From: an uncultured Pirellulales bacterium
GTDB lineage: Bacteria; Planctomycetota; Phycisphaerae; Sedimentisphaerales; Anaerobacaceae
DNA length: 32,369 nucleotides
Assembly (NCBI GenBank): GCA_964518825.1
Contig: CAZFHM010000001.1
Location: 8,827 to 41,195, forward strand
Direction: 5' to 3'
In this document: piece by piece, positions 8,643-19,232 of the stretch
Layout of the letters: each line of letters opens with the position of its first letter
Position numbering within the stretch: the first letter of the stretch is position 1
Program-made: the position numbers and the translations under genes
Notes under the pieces: model-generated
What the model was told of the DNA's origin: nothing
The model's database searches: none
Seen by the model: the letters and a program-made list of their open reading frames with translations, nothing else

Positions 8643-9665
8643 TTACTCAGGAGTTACCGCTTCGCCATTATTTTTGAGCGAGTTCTGACCCGCTTCGAGT
8701 ATCCTTACAACCTTTAAGCCGTCCCGGCCGTCGCTGCGAATAGCTGTCCCATCAAGAACAGAATCAATAAAATGCCTGCACTCAAGAGAAAGCGGCTCGC
8801 CTCCCGAGATTTTCGGAATGACTATGTCCCCGAACCGAAGTGAAATTACCTCCGCATAGCTCGTGCTGAAATCCGCTCTGACAGCCGCTGCTTTGTCATA
8901 CACCCGCACCTTTTCAGTCGCTTCCATATCATCAAAGGTGACCATCTTCTCTGAGCCGACTACAGTCATTTTCCTGATTTTGTGAGGGTCCATCCAGCTG
9001 CAATGAACATGCGCAAGTTTGCCGTCGGCAAACTTGATGGTTGCGAAGACTACGTCCTCTATACCTTTTTGCAAAAAGCACTTGCCATTGGCAGAAACGG
9101 ATACAGGCTCCGAATCAAACAGATAACAGATTAAGGATATATCATGCGGAGCTAAAGACCACCATGCGTTTTCATTTTTACGCACGACACCGAGATTAAC
9201 TCTCTGCGTGTAAATATAATAAGGCTGCCCGATTTGCCCTTTATCTATCATCTCTTTTACGTATACAACGGCAGGATGATACACCAACAGGTGTCCTGCC
9301 ATGAGCTTCAGCTTGTTCCCCTTCGCAATATCAACCAAAGTTTTAGCATCGGCACTGCAAACGGTAATCGGTTTTTCAACAAAAGTGTGCTTGCCGGCTT
9401 CCAGAGATTTTCTGGCTACCTCGAAATGGGTCACAGCTTCCGTAGAAACCACCACTGCATCCACATCACCGTCAGCCAAAACGTCTTCAATGCCGGTGCT
9501 GGTCTCGATATAAGGAAAGTTTCTCTTCTGCAGCTTAAGAGCATCTTCCCGCAGGTCACAGACATACTTTAACTTGCACCTGCCGGCCGTGGCAAAATTG
9601 CGAACAAGATTTCTGCCCCAGTTCCCCGCACCGACAACAGCTACGTTCAAACAGTCATTACCCAT
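8643..9665 (-). CDS. wbpB: Gfo/Idh/MocA-family NAD-dependent sugar-nucleotide oxidoreductase (WbpB/WlbA-like)
   Basis: N-terminal Rossmann motif 'VAVVGAGNWGRNLVRNF', 'EKP' and a C-terminal Gfo/Idh/MocA alpha/beta domain. It is the first gene of the wlbA-B-C-ordered trio. Confidence 0.7.
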   Translation of the reverse strand: MGNDCLNVAVVGAGNWGRNLVRNFATAGRCKLKYVCDLREDALKLQKRNFPYIETSTGIEDVLADGDVDAVVVSTEAVTHFEVARKSLEAGKHTFVEKPITVCSADAKTLVDIAKGNKLKLMAGHLLVYHPAVVYVKEMIDKGQIGQPYYIYTQRVNLGVVRKNENAWWSLAPHDISLICYLFDSEPVSVSANGKCFLQKGIEDVVFATIKFADGKLAHVHCSWMDPHKIRKMTVVGSEKMVTFDDMEATEKVRVYDKAAAVRADFSTSYAEVISLRFGDIVIPKISGGEPLSLECRHFIDSVLDGTAIRSDGRDGLKVVRILEAGQNSLKNNGEAVTPE

Positions 9666-9681
9666 TAAACCATCCCTGATA

Positions 9682-11247
9682 TCATAGGTCTCTCATATCT
9701 TCCCCGGCTTCTCGAACATGATTATTCGATTCAACCACGCGGTACAACAATCCCTGTTCTATAAACTCGTATCCTTCATCTAAAAATTTCGGCCTGTAAC
9801 CCCTTTTGTCGGAAGTAACATACAATGGCCGTTCAGCCATGATTTGGGATATTGATGTCGCATCAAATACAGGTGCATTTTCGCTATGGTCATGGTCCGA
9901 GACAATCTTCACATCAGGCCGCACGCCTTTCACTTCCTGAACGTAAAGCATAGCATGAACATCTGTAGTGTATGCATACACAACGGCATCCTTCTCAACA
10001 CTTTCCAAGGCCTCGGTAGCGAACCTCTCAGCCCCATTATAACCTGTCTTCCAGGGCCGCAGCCAATACGTGTACTCATCTCTGTAAGGCCTTTGTCTTC
10101 GCTGGGCAAGAGGTTTGTAATACTTTCTTGCGATTTCAGGTGTGACAAAATAACTGCCGAGCGGCAACAACGCCAGAATTAAAATCAAAAAACCTAATTT
10201 CCAGCCGCCGTATCGGGACAAAAGCCAGTCAGCACCCAAAGCTATAAAGACAGCCCCGAAGCAATAGAATGGCAGGAAGAAAGCATGCCTGTCTGGAACA
10301 GTGTACCGAAATGCAAAAACAAAATATAATATCGTCATCGCCAAAATAACATTAGCGAACGCAATACTTGGCGATTTTTTATAAAGAATCGCCAGACCGA
10401 CGAACAGGAGCAGTAAGTTTGGCGTTGGGAAATTCAGCACCATAAACACAATATTTTCAAGAAAGACCTTGGCAGACAGATTCGTATTCAAGACCGCTCC
10501 ACGCCAACCATCCCCAAACAGCGCCGATTCAACCGTCCCCTTAATGTCACCGGTAACAACTATGTTTTTTACAACCAGGTACTCGTAGGGAGCCGCACCA
10601 ATAATCCAGAGAGTTATAAAGAGAATTAAAACCTTCAGGCCGACTCGCCTTCTAAACACCAGGGTTAATATATATACACCGTAACAGGCGAGCGCTAAAA
10701 CACCCCAAAGGTGGTTAGCAACCGCCAGGCCGTTCAGCAAAGCCAGCAGATATAAATATCCTGTTCGTTTCGTTCGGATATATTGGAAAAAAACCAACAG
10801 CTCTGTAAATAATTGGGCAGCATAAAGTGTATAGACCTCGGCAATTACTGCATTCTGCCAAAAAGTCCAGGAGACCGCCAGGGTTACCGCACCTATTACA
10901 GCCGGCCAGATTTTATCAAGCCACAATCGCAGGAGCAGGAACAAGTTCGCAATCGCTATAGCACCAAACACAGCGGAAATCATGTTAATACGCCAGGCTA
11001 ATTCTCCGACAGGAATAAACTTGGCAGCTATTCCAATCATTATGTACAACGGATGAGCCAAGGCGATACCGAGGTTGCCCTGCAGGTCATTGTGCCAAAT
11101 GCGATAGACAAAAAGCCCGCTGTCCTGCCAGAGAACAACCGGTGCACATGTGGCAGCATACAAAACCAGCGAACAAAACAGTACAATCAGGTACTGTGTT
11201 CCAATTCTGTTAAGCCGGTGGTTTTTTGTTTTTTCTAGTACTTGCAC
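9682..11247 (-). CDS. Polytopic membrane protein, DUF2723/TMEM260-like GT-C-fold glycosyltransferase candidate
   Basis: 521 aa with about 11 hydrophobic helices followed by a soluble C-terminal domain of about 130 aa. The N-terminal 'APVVLWQDSGLF...ALAHPLY' resembles the DUF2723 signature, again from memory. Confidence 0.5.
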   Translation of the reverse strand: MQVLEKTKNHRLNRIGTQYLIVLFCSLVLYAATCAPVVLWQDSGLFVYRIWHNDLQGNLGIALAHPLYIMIGIAAKFIPVGELAWRINMISAVFGAIAIANLFLLLRLWLDKIWPAVIGAVTLAVSWTFWQNAVIAEVYTLYAAQLFTELLVFFQYIRTKRTGYLYLLALLNGLAVANHLWGVLALACYGVYILTLVFRRRVGLKVLILFITLWIIGAAPYEYLVVKNIVVTGDIKGTVESALFGDGWRGAVLNTNLSAKVFLENIVFMVLNFPTPNLLLLFVGLAILYKKSPSIAFANVILAMTILYFVFAFRYTVPDRHAFFLPFYCFGAVFIALGADWLLSRYGGWKLGFLILILALLPLGSYFVTPEIARKYYKPLAQRRQRPYRDEYTYWLRPWKTGYNGAERFATEALESVEKDAVVYAYTTDVHAMLYVQEVKGVRPDVKIVSDHDHSENAPVFDATSISQIMAERPLYVTSDKRGYRPKFLDEGYEFIEQGLLYRVVESNNHVREAGEDMRDL

Positions 11248-11344
11248 TTAACGGTATTCCGCCCTAAGTGATGGTCTTGACTAAAAATTGATATACCATA
11301 TAATTTAAACATGAATAGGCATTCTTTGTGAAGGGAAGTATCGC

Positions 11345-11860
11345 ATGGAACAAGAATCTCAAAACCGCCGGGACACAGACAAACCGGATATGCCACCTGT
11401 CGCCCAGCCCACACGGGAAAAATCGAATCGGCCCCTGCTGATAATCCTGGGAGTTTTTGTTGTCCTGGTGGCCATCGTTTTTCTGATTCACAAAGAGATT
11501 TCGATAAACTGGTTTACGGATTATGATGCCGCCGTCCAAGCGGCAAGAGCCCAGGGCAAACCTCTGTTATTGGGTTTCTACCGACCTAACGAGCCAATGG
11601 TTACAGACACTTTTAATAATACATACAATAACCCTACGGTGAAGCAGTTTGTCGAAGCTAATTTTGTGCCAGTACTCATAAACGTAGATGAACAACCGGA
11701 CTTAGCCCGGAAATTCAAAATAAACTATTATCCGACTCACTACGTCAAATACCCTGACAGCGACAAGCTCTTCGGCCCTCGGCTGGGCTGGGACCCTCCC
11801 GATCTTTTCATCGAAGAAATGACCAAGCTGCTCAACCGTGCAAAAGAATCCACTCAATAA
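11345..11860 (+). CDS. Membrane-anchored thioredoxin-fold protein lacking the CxxC active site
   Basis: One N-terminal TM helix (LLIILGVFVVLVAIVFLI) followed by a Trx-like layout: 'DYDAAVQAARAQGKPLLLGFYRPNEPMV...FVPVLINVDEQPDLARKFKINYYPTHYV'. The whole 171-aa product contains no cysteine. Confidence 0.6.
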   Translation: MEQESQNRRDTDKPDMPPVAQPTREKSNRPLLIILGVFVVLVAIVFLIHKEISINWFTDYDAAVQAARAQGKPLLLGFYRPNEPMVTDTFNNTYNNPTVKQFVEANFVPVLINVDEQPDLARKFKINYYPTHYVKYPDSDKLFGPRLGWDPPDLFIEEMTKLLNRAKESTQ

Positions 11861-11874
11861 ACGGTTATTTGATT

Positions 11875-13846
<1,972 letters not shown>

Positions 13847-14221
13847 TAGCTCACCGTTCGCGAATAGATAAAAATATTAGCTGACCCCCTATTATGAGCA
13901 GAATGCCGGGAAAAAAACAAGCACACAGTTCGATTAGACTCCGTCTCCGTCGGTTGCGCCATAGGCGAAAATCCGCTATTGTTTGCCCTGAACTCTGTGC
14001 TGAAGGCTTATTAAAGGCTGATTATGTTAAAAAAAATATTGATTATACGACTTAAGTATCGGCAAATAAAGAACATACCTTTACATGAGTCCGCCGCCAG
14101 GCCTCACTATTAAATGAGTTTATTAGCGACAAATATACGCCTCGCAGATATCCTAAGTTCACTACTGGAGCAAGTTTACACGCTATAACACTTATTTATT
14201 ATCGGACAGTCCTGGTTCTAC

Positions 14222-14252
14222 CTGCCAAACGTCAAAAGTTCTCGTTTGGCAG
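14222..14252 (-). terminator. Perfect 10-bp stem hairpin downstream of the cobO-type gene (possible terminator)
   Basis: CTGCCAAACG-tcaaaagttct-CGTTTGGCAG, 25 nt past the stop at 14277. No U-tract follows on the minus strand, so it is not a canonical intrinsic terminator. Confidence 0.35.
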
Positions 14253-14276
14253 CCCGTCACTGTGGCAATCGCAAAT

Positions 14277-14819
14277 TCAGTATTCTATGCCTTTGCGGGC
14301 AGGGATCTGCTTTTCGTGCGGGTGCTTGCGAAGCTTCATCTCCGTAACTAAATCAGCTAATTCTGCCAAACTTTCACTCGCTCCCCTACCAGTAAGCACC
14401 AGCTCACATCGCTTGTGCTTACTATCGATAAGTCGTTTGACGTCCTCGAACGCAGCCAAACCCTTTGACATGCAATATACAATCTCATCAAGTATTACTA
14501 CGTCATATTCGCCACTACTGGTCAACTCAGCAAGTTTCTCGAGTGCCTGTGCTATAGCAGTCTTTGCCGCTGCAATATCGGCGGGATTGTCTGCAGAAGT
14601 GTTTATGTCCCATTTTGCCTCAAGCGCCTTTATCGTAATGGGCAAATAGGTCTGCTCCAGTGCCAGCCGCTCGCCGAGCTTGAGAGAAGAAGGCTTTAGG
14701 AACTGATAAACCAACACCCTGTTCCCATGACCTGCCGCCCGCAGGGCCAAGCCCAGCGCCGCCGTCGTCTTGCCCTTGCCGTCGCCGGTATAAATCTGCA
14801 CCAGTCCTTTTTCAAGCAT
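14277..14819 (-). CDS. cobO: Cob(I)yrinic acid a,c-diamide adenosyltransferase (CobO/BtuR type)
   Basis: 'GLVQIYTGDGKGKTTAALGLALRAAGHG.RVLVYQFLK' and 'VVILDEI'. I placed the start at ATG 14819 (MLEKGLVQIY...), which matches family N-termini. The ORF track extends to a TTG at 14921, and ATG 14867 is also possible. Confidence 0.85.
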   Translation of the reverse strand: MLEKGLVQIYTGDGKGKTTAALGLALRAAGHGNRVLVYQFLKPSSLKLGERLALEQTYLPITIKALEAKWDINTSADNPADIAAAKTAIAQALEKLAELTSSGEYDVVILDEIVYCMSKGLAAFEDVKRLIDSKHKRCELVLTGRGASESLAELADLVTEMKLRKHPHEKQIPARKGIEY

Positions 14820-14937
14820 AGCCAGGTATGATACTAAAAACCGCGGTAAATTAGAATTCAAAAACATGTCCTGTAAGTGAAAAGCTCCGGCACTGGGCGG
14901 GATTGACACCACGGGCGACAACTGTTAATTTGTAATT

Positions 14938-15732
14938 ATGCTAAGGCTTGGTCCGACAATCGCTTACACGCTTACAGTTCTCATGACACTGCTCGGCTGC
15001 TCCGACACAGATAAAAAACAGCCGCCAACCACCAACATAAAACTCGGCGACCTCGCCCCTGTTAACCCTGTTGGCCCTGTAAGGCCGATACAAACGGTCG
15101 CTTTCGATTTCTTCAGCATTGAGTTGCCCGCAGAGAACATCGGCGAACTTTCTGATATTTGGCCGATGTTGTACACCAAACCAGTACGGCTGACCGACCC
15201 CGGCGCTTTCTCTGCAAATTCCTTCCGCTTAGTCTTCGGCGAACCTCAAATGTGGGCCAGGACCGCAACGCTCCTCGAATCAGCAGGCGGCGGACTCGCC
15301 GGCAGGGTCGGACTGCTTCTGGATTACGGCCAGACCGATGATTTCATTATTACACAAATTAACGATAAGACTGATGTATCTTATCTCACTTCGGACCTGG
15401 CAATCGAGTCATTAACAGCCCAATCCGGTCGGCTTGTACTAAAGGTCACGGTCTCGCCTGTAGCGGGAGTACGCGGCGTCTGCGATTTAAAGGCAATGCC
15501 GGTATTCATACCGACCAGGTCACGCGATTCCACCGAAGAGCCGGCAAAAATGGAAGAGACGGCTCTCGATACTCTCGGCTTTACAGTTGAAATGAGCCCG
15601 GGCGATTTCTTCCTACTGGGGCCTGCAAACTACCCGAGCAGTGCAAACTCTCTTGGCAGCCTTTTCTTTACCACTGCAAAAAACAAGAAAATACGACTCT
15701 ACGCCGTTTTTTGCAGCGACATCTCGGATTGA
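14938..15732 (+). CDS. Hypothetical lipoprotein
   Basis: A signal peptide with a lipobox (LMTLLG-C-SD). I recognise no other domain. Confidence 0.6.
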   Translation: MLRLGPTIAYTLTVLMTLLGCSDTDKKQPPTTNIKLGDLAPVNPVGPVRPIQTVAFDFFSIELPAENIGELSDIWPMLYTKPVRLTDPGAFSANSFRLVFGEPQMWARTATLLESAGGGLAGRVGLLLDYGQTDDFIITQINDKTDVSYLTSDLAIESLTAQSGRLVLKVTVSPVAGVRGVCDLKAMPVFIPTRSRDSTEEPAKMEETALDTLGFTVEMSPGDFFLLGPANYPSSANSLGSLFFTTAKNKKIRLYAVFCSDISD

Positions 15733-15738
15733 AACAGC

Positions 15739-16707
15739 ATGAGCAAAACCACCGTAGTCCTGACCAGATGCATCGATTACACTCCGGATAAAGTATCGAA
15801 CTGCCTAAGCAGACAGTTTGAATTGCTCGGAGGCCTGGCCGAATTTGTCAAACCCGGTGACACTGTCCTGGTCAAGCCAAACTTCATAGCTCCCCGGTCG
15901 GCCAACCATGCAACCCAGACTAACCCTGTGATAATCATAGAATTGGCTAAGCTGCTCCTCGACTTCGGCGCCAAACCCTTCGTGGGAGATTCACCGGCAT
16001 GGCAAAATGTCTTTGCCTGTGCGAACAAACTAAGACTCGATGGGCCTCTCAAAAAACTTGGCGTGCCCATTAAACAGCTCGATGAACCCAAAACATGCGT
16101 TATAGGCGATGCCCTGAAGGTCAGGATTAGCAAGGTTGCCCTTGACGCTGACGTGATAATAAACCTTCCGAAATTCAAATCGCATCAGCAGCTCGTTGCT
16201 ACCTTCGCCGTCAAAAATATATTCGGATGTGTCCCCGGCAAGCGAAAAGCCTTGTGGCACTTTCGAAAAGGCGGCGACGAGCGGAAATTCTGCAAACTTC
16301 TAATCGATATCTATCGTTACCTTAATCCGGCACTAACGATTATCGACGGTGTCACAGTTATGGACGGCCCGGGGCCGATTAACGGAAGGACCCGGCCGCT
16401 CGGATGGATTATCGGCTCGACCGACCCTGTTGCCTGTGAAACTGTTTGTGCAAAGCTGATAAACACCGAACCGGACGAGTTTCCAATCATAAGGACAGCC
16501 AGGCAAATTAATTTCGGCTGCTCCGATATCGACGAAATTCAAATCGCCGGTGATGACTATGCCCGTGATATTTGCACTGACTTCGAACCGGCTGCTCTGA
16601 TACCTATACGTTTCTCACTGGCACACGTCTGTAAAAGCATTGCAAAACAGATTTTGATGTTGTTGAGCCCGCTTCGAAACGATTATAACCATTCAAATGG
16701 ACAATGA
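15739..16707 (+). CDS. DUF362 domain-containing protein
   Basis: The 'GDTVLVKPNFI', 'LPKFKSHQQLVATFAVKNIFGCVPG' and 'IIDGVTVMDGPGPINGRTRP' pattern is characteristic of DUF362. Confidence 0.7.
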   Translation: MSKTTVVLTRCIDYTPDKVSNCLSRQFELLGGLAEFVKPGDTVLVKPNFIAPRSANHATQTNPVIIIELAKLLLDFGAKPFVGDSPAWQNVFACANKLRLDGPLKKLGVPIKQLDEPKTCVIGDALKVRISKVALDADVIINLPKFKSHQQLVATFAVKNIFGCVPGKRKALWHFRKGGDERKFCKLLIDIYRYLNPALTIIDGVTVMDGPGPINGRTRPLGWIIGSTDPVACETVCAKLINTEPDEFPIIRTARQINFGCSDIDEIQIAGDDYARDICTDFEPAALIPIRFSLAHVCKSIAKQILMLLSPLRNDYNHSNGQ

Positions 16708-17734
16708 AGTTATAAACATATTAGGTATCGAGACAAGCTGTGATGAAACGGCTGCGGCGGTCGTCGCCGACGGCAGCAGAATTAAATCGTCCGTCGTCGC
16801 AAGCCAGTCCAAACTCCACGCCAAATACGGCGGAGTCGTACCGGAAATTGCCTCGCGTGCACACCTTAAAAAAATTACCCCGGTCATCTGCGAAGCACTC
16901 GAACAGGCAAACGTCACCAAAGACGACATTGACGCTATTGCAGTAGTCAACCAGCCCGGCCTGACTGTTGCGCTCGTCGTCGGTGTCACCGCCGCAAAGA
17001 CCCTGAGTATGACGTGGCAAAAACCACTCATCGCAATTAACCATTTGCACGCCCATATGCAGTCTGCACTGCTTGGTAATCCCAATATTGAACTTCCTGC
17101 GGTGGCTTTGATTGTATCCGGCGGCCATACCAGCCTGTATGATTACCACTCACCGCTGGAACCAAAACTGCTTGGCTGCACCATCGACGACGCGGCGGGC
17201 GAAGCATTCGATAAGGTAGCGATGATTTTGAACCTGCCCTATCCGGGCGGGCCTTCAATCGAAAATGCTGCTAAAGACGGTGACCCGAATGCGATAGATT
17301 TTCCGCGGACTATGCTGAACAAAAACTCGCTCGATTTTTCTTTCAGCGGTATCAAGACCGCCGTCCTTTATCACTGCCAGGGCCAGGACATGAAGGGCCA
17401 AAACAAGGTCGCATCGATGAGTCAAAAGCAATTATCTGATATAGCAGCTTCATTTCAAAAGGCTGTCGTGGATGTCCTCGTTGAAAAGACCCGGCGCGGC
17501 GCTGAAAAAATCCGCGCTAAAACCGTATTGCTCGGCGGCGGCGTTGCAGCCAACACCGCATTGCGAAACGCCCTGCAGCAGATGTGTGACTCGAGCACAC
17601 CGTCGTGCAAGCTGCTGGTCGCCGAGAAACGCTATTGCACTGACAATGCTGTTATGGTAGCTTCTTTGGCGTATCACAAGTACAAAGCTAAACTTTTTGC
17701 GGACTTGTCCCTTGAACCCAGAGCAACCGGCTAA
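16697..17734 (+). CDS. tsaD: tRNA N6-adenosine threonylcarbamoyltransferase
   Basis: 'ILGIETSCDETAAAVV', 'INHLHAH' (metal-binding His pair) and 'VSGGHT'. This is the canonical TsaD/Kae1 sequence. It overlaps the DUF362 gene by 11 nt. Confidence 0.95.
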   Translation: MDNEVINILGIETSCDETAAAVVADGSRIKSSVVASQSKLHAKYGGVVPEIASRAHLKKITPVICEALEQANVTKDDIDAIAVVNQPGLTVALVVGVTAAKTLSMTWQKPLIAINHLHAHMQSALLGNPNIELPAVALIVSGGHTSLYDYHSPLEPKLLGCTIDDAAGEAFDKVAMILNLPYPGGPSIENAAKDGDPNAIDFPRTMLNKNSLDFSFSGIKTAVLYHCQGQDMKGQNKVASMSQKQLSDIAASFQKAVVDVLVEKTRRGAEKIRAKTVLLGGGVAANTALRNALQQMCDSSTPSCKLLVAEKRYCTDNAVMVASLAYHKYKAKLFADLSLEPRATG

Positions 17735-18620
17735 ATCAGAACAGATAAAACGAGTAACGGCTGTGCCGCATTTGTCCCCAAGGCCTGTCGATGCCCACAA
17801 GGGTACTTTCGGCAAAGTATGTATCGTTGCAGGCTCCGTCGGAATGAGCGGAGCTGCTGCACTTGCCGGCCGGGCCGCACTGCGTGCCGGCGCCGGACTT
17901 GTACGGGTCGCCGTCCCCAAAAGCATATTGCCCATTGTCGCTGCTATTGAGCCTTCATATACTACGATACCTCTCGAAGATGCAGCAGGACAGATTTCCA
18001 AAAAGGCGGCGTCCCGGTTAATCTCCGCCGCAAACGACAACGACGTTCTGGCCTTTGGATGCGGTGTCGGCGTTAGTCCAGCTATACGTTCTGTGCTTGA
18101 GACCATTCTTGGTATCGACGGACTTAGATTGGTCATCGACGCCGACGGCCTTAACAACCTCAGTAAACTGAAAGACTGGCCTCAAAAAGTTAAAGCCGAA
18201 CTCATCGTCACTCCTCATCCCGGCGAGATGGCAAGATTATGGCAAGGCCTGTTCAGAGACGAACCCCCGACCGACAGAGAGAACCTTGCCATACAGTTTG
18301 CCCGGCGAACGAATACCACAGTCGTTCTCAAAGGAGCCGGGACTGTTGTAACCGACGGCAGACAGGTCTATGTCAACACCACCGGCAATCCCGGAATGGC
18401 TTCTGCCGGCGCCGGTGACGTTCTGACCGGAGTAATAACGGCATTGGCCGGTCAGGGTATGAGCGATTTTGACGCTGCTGTTTACGGTGTTTATATTCAC
18501 GGGCTTGCCGGTGACATCGCCGCGGATGAACTCGGACAGATTAGTCTTATGGCCACCGACATAATCGACGCACTGCCCGCCGCTTTCGCCCAAAGCGACG
18601 TATCTACAGATACGACCTGA
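17697..18620 (+). CDS. nnrD: ADP-dependent NAD(P)H-hydrate dehydratase (stand-alone YjeF C-terminal domain)
   Basis: 'HKGTFGKVCIVAGSVGMSGAAALAGRAALRAGAGLV', 'VIDADGLN' and 'GNPGMASAGAGDVLTGVI'. The ATG at 17697 overlaps tsaD by 38 nt. A downstream GTG at 17763 is a possible alternative start. Confidence 0.85.
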   Translation: MRTCPLNPEQPAKSEQIKRVTAVPHLSPRPVDAHKGTFGKVCIVAGSVGMSGAAALAGRAALRAGAGLVRVAVPKSILPIVAAIEPSYTTIPLEDAAGQISKKAASRLISAANDNDVLAFGCGVGVSPAIRSVLETILGIDGLRLVIDADGLNNLSKLKDWPQKVKAELIVTPHPGEMARLWQGLFRDEPPTDRENLAIQFARRTNTTVVLKGAGTVVTDGRQVYVNTTGNPGMASAGAGDVLTGVITALAGQGMSDFDAAVYGVYIHGLAGDIAADELGQISLMATDIIDALPAAFAQSDVSTDTT

Positions 18621-18709
18621 ACACACAGGCCCCCTGCTCGTAAACTCCTGTAACTGGTTCTGAGAAATTCTGCTCTTAATTTAACTTACATTTTACGAAA
18701 GGTATTAAA

Positions 18710-19051
18710 ATGGATGAAGATGTAAAAAGGTTTTTCGATAAATCTAAGATAGCTGCCGGTAGGATGCTCAAACTGATACCAGACGGCGTAAACGGTTTCC
18801 AGCAGCTTCACTCCAAGACGATGGCCGAAGGAGTATTACCCATAAAGCAAAAGGAGCTTATCGCTATCGCTATTGGTCTCACCCTGCGCTGTGAACCCTG
18901 CATCAGGGCCCATATCAAAAAGGCCTTGTCCATCGGAGCGACCAAAGAAGAAATTCTCGAAGCGGCCCAGGTCGCCCTTATGATGGGCGGTGGCCCGGTT
19001 TATACTTATATTCCAATAGCAATTGAAACCATCGAGGCCCTGCAAACCTGA
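18710..19051 (+). CDS. Carboxymuconolactone decarboxylase / AhpD-like family protein
   Basis: 113 aa. The 'KELIAIAIGLTLRCEPCIRAH' segment carrying a CxxC motif is typical of the AhpD-like/CMD fold. Confidence 0.8.
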   Translation: MDEDVKRFFDKSKIAAGRMLKLIPDGVNGFQQLHSKTMAEGVLPIKQKELIAIAIGLTLRCEPCIRAHIKKALSIGATKEEILEAAQVALMMGGGPVYTYIPIAIETIEALQT

Positions 19052-19128
19052 GAAACAAGCCTTGTATCCTCCCTGCCGAACCTTTGCTGCCGTATCTGCT
19101 GTTTATTAAGGTTTCGCAGCCGAATATC

Positions 19129-19157
19129 TTGAATTTTCAAAGCGGATTTGATACAAT
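19129..19157 (+). promoter_or_regulatory. Candidate sigma70-type promoter for the xylanase gene
   Basis: TTGAAT (19129..19134), a 17-nt spacer, then TACAAT (19152..19157), about 75 nt upstream of ATG 19233. This is a pattern match only. Confidence 0.35.
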
Positions 19158-19232
19158 ATTTGAGATGAGAGTAAGGGGCATAGCTTTGTAAAGAAATTAC
19201 TTGAACTTATTAGGCCACATGATAAAAACATT

